Shown: positions 60,001 through 64,000 of the stretch, piece after piece
Numbering within the stretch: position 1 is the stretch's first letter
How the letters are laid out: every line of letters begins with the position of its first letter
From: Glycera tridactyla
Lineage: Eukaryota
NCBI GenBank assembly: GCA_965644265.1
Contig: OZ286462.1
Location: 61,938,001-62,002,000, forward strand
Direction: 5' to 3'
Length of the DNA: 64,000 bases
Position numbers and translations under genes: made by a program
The notes under the pieces: model-generated
Seen by the model: only the letters and a program-made list of their open reading frames with translations
What the model was told of the DNA's origin: nothing
Database searches by the model: none

Positions 60001-62685
60001 AAAATTCAGAAATTTAGAAATTGCAGGTTTGATATGAACACAGGCGGATAGTTCTGAAGCACATGTTGCATATCACACATGCATTTCCCATTGGTTTCAA
60101 ATGAATGGGGCTTATCATGAAGGAAGGGTAGCACATGTACCATATGGGAGATCACCAGATGCAGCTGTTGAGAGATTGTTACAGGAAGTGTTAAATGAAA
60201 CCCATCTATATGATTATCACTCCTTAATAACATGGTTAGATAGCATCAAAAATTAGAGCACAACCTCTAGCACAAACACACCCAAATTATGAGGTATGAG
60301 GTACCACCTTTAGTGGATGTATTTTGTAATGTGAATAAGACCGGATGTTAGTGCAGAGCTAGTTTTCTATCACATTTGTCCTGCAAGAGATGCATCTGTT
60401 ACCTGCCGAGACCCTTTCATATCACCTCAAACTGTGTCCATCTCAGCTTCAGCAATACTCAATTCATAGCTCCTTTGAGGGAACTCAGAATTGAGTAGAT
60501 AATAATACTTGAATTCTATCTAGTTTGCCATCAAATTCATTATATTCCATCTATTGAAATCATGTGAATTACAAACTTCGGATAAATGACATTCCCGAGA
60601 GGCAAAATTTTTGTGAGCATTTTCGGAGTATCACCTCATTATCAGGTTGGGGACACACTGCTGTAGCATATTTCAATCATCAGCATGTATAGTTAAGATA
60701 TAAGCATTGGATACAAATGTTATCACCAAGGTGATATCTCTTAATGCAACAGTTTGCTCCACAATGGGACCAATAATTCTACAGTAGAATTTGGATGGTG
60801 CTGCCTGGTGAAGAGGTATTAATTGTCACACCTGTATCCTATAACTACGTCAAGGATTTACAAAAATTTAATCTAGCTCAGTTATGTTACTTAATGATAT
60901 ACATATTACAAGACCTAGGATGCCAAGCCAGCCAAACCAACAATCAGCCAATAGTGCTTCTTGATACATATTCAGAATAATTGATGCATTTTCATACTCA
61001 TAAATTCATATTCATGACATTTCCAGTTCAATTTTACAGATGATGGTGGGCATTTGAGGGTTAATTATAATATTGTGGCTGGTAATACTTCTGTCCTACT
61101 TGAGGAATGCATTCAACTAGCCAAGAGAGCCTGGACTAATCAGGTATGATATGCATATGTCCATCCTGGTATTCATTCAAAACAATTGTATTCCTGATCT
61201 TCCACACTCAAACTGAAGTAGTTTACAAAACCAACATGCCAAATATTCAATTTGGACTATTTGGTAGCATACAAGCACCTGTCAGTGTCCTCTTGTGAAA
61301 TATTTTCTTTCCAAACAAACTCATGATGACCCAATAAGGGGTGTCCAGTCACCCATAGAATGGCCGCTCTGAGTGACAGCCATAATTAGGTTTTCACAAT
61401 TTCATCCCAAAATGACTTCAGCTAAACATCACTTCCAGTCTTCCGGTCTGTCTCCACAATCGCTAATGTAATTTCCTTAAACATTATGGTACCAACAGCC
61501 CGTGACATTTGTTGTCGAGAACCCCAAAGAAAAGGCCAATGCCTGCACAGAGGCAACTTTATTCTTTCCCATCTGCCTCGTAGGTAAATATTATGCAGAA
61601 TTTCAAAGGGGAACATTTAAGTAGAGGGCTGTCACAGTTATGAATGACCTTGTGGAATTAAATCCATGCCGATTTCTCCAATTACTATTACAGAACATCT
61701 GAGCCGAACTTGAGGCAGGTGCACGCATATTTTATGTCAGGATCATATCCCCATCTTCCAATACTTCCTCGGTTTCAAATTTTCCTCCATATTCAACTAT
61801 AAACTTCGGGTTAATTCATGACAGTGAATTCCCAAATACTTTGATTTGCATCAAGACCTTATTCAGTACTGAAGCAAAATTGAACCTCTCAATGAAATAA
61901 ATATAAATTCAGACGTGAATATATATAATTTCATGCCTGAGTCTAGGGTAGTTGTCTGGAATTGGAGGATGTTGAGATCAAAGTCATCAATCATTCAGAA
62001 CAAATAATTATGAAACATCTGTGACCACGGTGCTAACTTTACGGAACAGAAGAAGCCCTGTCTATTATCGCCTTCAGAAAGACGAGCATTTAAGGGATTC
62101 CATTCAAGTGTGACTACAAGCGAATGTAATTTACATCACGCGGAATACTTCTTTCACTAAGCACCACTACGACTGCTAAGGTCATATACGTGAGGTCACA
62201 ATACGCTGTATTGTGTTGCGATGCGCAACGATTCTGGTCACAGTTGTGCGCTTTTGCCGCTGTTGAGCCACTCATACATCCAACTGCACCTGCCGTTCGA
62301 GCAACCCTTTTTGCACAAAAAAGATTTAAACTCATCCTCACAACTTTACTTACAACAGTTTCATCATTTTTTTGTGATCAATAATGATCTCCCTAATGTC
62401 AAACGCTCGAGTTCAAAGAATGTATAAGGCTGATGGGAGAAAAATTATGTCTCAGTAAAAACCTATGCCGTTCCCATCTGTATCCCTCTGATCTGCGCAC
62501 AAATCTTGCATTTACTGGAATGCATACTAAGATCCCATACAATATTACAAGGGCTGAAGAAAAATCCAATCATGAATTCAAATCTGGCAACAGAAATGAA
62601 ACCGTTTTATATTCCTGTTAGACTTCTCTGGGCTATTCTTTTCATGATGTTGAGTCCTTATACATGTACCAGTTATGACATCATT

Positions 62686-62885
62686 AACAGCAGGTTCTCC
62701 TCTCATCATGACCAACCTGCATACAGGGACCAACATTGGTCATGTAAAGAAGTGGACTTTATAGACAGGTGGTGCTTAGAGAGGTGGTTCACAGCTAGAA
62801 ATCCTATAGCTGTTATACCTCGGAAGTGACCTATGTAAGCTGGTGATTGCTTTACAGAGGTAGCCCTTTCAGCATGTTTGACAGT
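62686..62885. mobile_element. Old MITE of the same superfamily
   Basis: Repeated gacc/ggtggt motifs and a degenerate terminus tttgacagta. Similar decayed relics occur near 9420-9610, 18390-18460, 31980-32120 and 40020-40110. Confidence 0.5.
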
Positions 62886-64000
62886 ACATGTGTGTTCACA
62901 GACTTGCACCACACACAGCTTATATTTAGTATTCTCTCGACTAAAGCATTATTCATTATCATTTTTCATTTTAATGTCATTTCACATGTAAATCTAATCA
63001 ATAATATCAGTTTGTTTCCCTGAATCGGACAGCTCAGCCTTAAGCAGTGCCTGGACAAAAATTACAAAATTATAATCATCTCAAGGGGGAACCTACTGAA
63101 TTGCATGAACACATGAGCAATGAAAAAGTTTATTGGGGGAAACATCTGAGGTGTGTGTCAATATTTTGTAAGAAAGGCAGGTGCATGGTGTTAACAATTC
63201 CTCTTTTTTCACAAGATTGGTCATTTATTTTATCGGATTTTATCTCGGTTAGCAATCAGCACCATCTCACACCCTCAAATTTTCACTGTTTCACCTGATT
63301 TAACAAGTTATTGGAAATCTAAAGGTAATAGCCCAATTATAATTGGGTTTGACAAACCACAGCAAGGAGTTAACGCAGTAAACTACGATTACGCCACACA
63401 AAGTCCGTTTCATCGCTTGTTATCTCCTTTGACGCACACGCAGTCATTAGCAACCATCGCTATTCATGTATATTGTGAGCGATTTCAATGCAGAACACGG
63501 ATATTGTTGCTCGATTCAAATACGGGGCACCGGCAGTGAGCGAGTCAGGTGCGGTAGGGTGGTATGTTTTATTCCGAGGCACGGGTGTATCGGTATGAAT
63601 TCATGATAATATGCAAACAATCTGACGGCTTCAACTAGCGAGTTGCCGGTACGATGGTGGCGTACAAAGCTTCGCTGTCACCTGTCACCATCGACCTGTG
63701 CACCCCATTGCTCTCCGCAACCCTACCAGCGAAACAAGCTATACAAGACACCACCTGCCTTCGCTCCACCTGCCAGTCAGCCCCGCCGAGAAATAATAAC
63801 TCGGTTTGTTAATTAAACTCCGGCATGACCTTGCATGGTCTTTTCCGTGGTAAACCATTGAGCTGACTGCCATCGTGGATTGATGGCGTAGCCGTGTATT
63901 TACACGCGTCTCGCTCACGTCACATACAAGACCGCCACGGTCACCGGTAAAGACATTTGCTGTCAAGTGCACGACTATATCCGTATGGTCACCAACATTG

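Noticed and set aside
1-64000. CRISPR arrays, rRNA/tRNA genes, prokaryotic operons or defence systems
   Set aside because: No regularly spaced repeat-spacer structure, RNA gene signatures or gene-dense coding regions. The sequence is intron-like eukaryotic DNA.

Overview
AT-rich, visibly CpG-poor eukaryotic genomic DNA from a draft assembly with five N-gaps, most next to simple repeats. It is most likely a bilaterian invertebrate (inference from repeat content and CTCF-type motifs). There is no prokaryotic gene content, no CRISPR array and no rRNA or tRNA gene. Almost all track ORFs look like non-coding noise. The window appears to be the 5' end and very long introns of one + strand gene that I cannot name. 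Three widely spaced candidate alternative N-terminal exons (7429-7473, 15552-15737, 36323-36388) all end in ATG|GT(A/G)AGT in phase 0, and no convincing shared downstream exon is visible in the window. A dense set of CTCF-consensus sites lies between them, seven with the zinc-finger 9-11 'upstream' motif at an identical 11-nt spacing. Several polypyrimidine-AG|GT junctions look like recursive splice sites. The only clearly recognisable protein-coding sequence is a young, 5'-truncated Penelope-like retroelement (RT C-terminus plus GIY-YIG endonuclease, 56141-57093, minus strand). It has a 13-bp flanking direct repeat and a minimal hammerhead ribozyme right after its stop codon. The remainder is Tc1/mariner-type MITEs, one CAG-terminated MITE, microsatellites and short tandem duplications.
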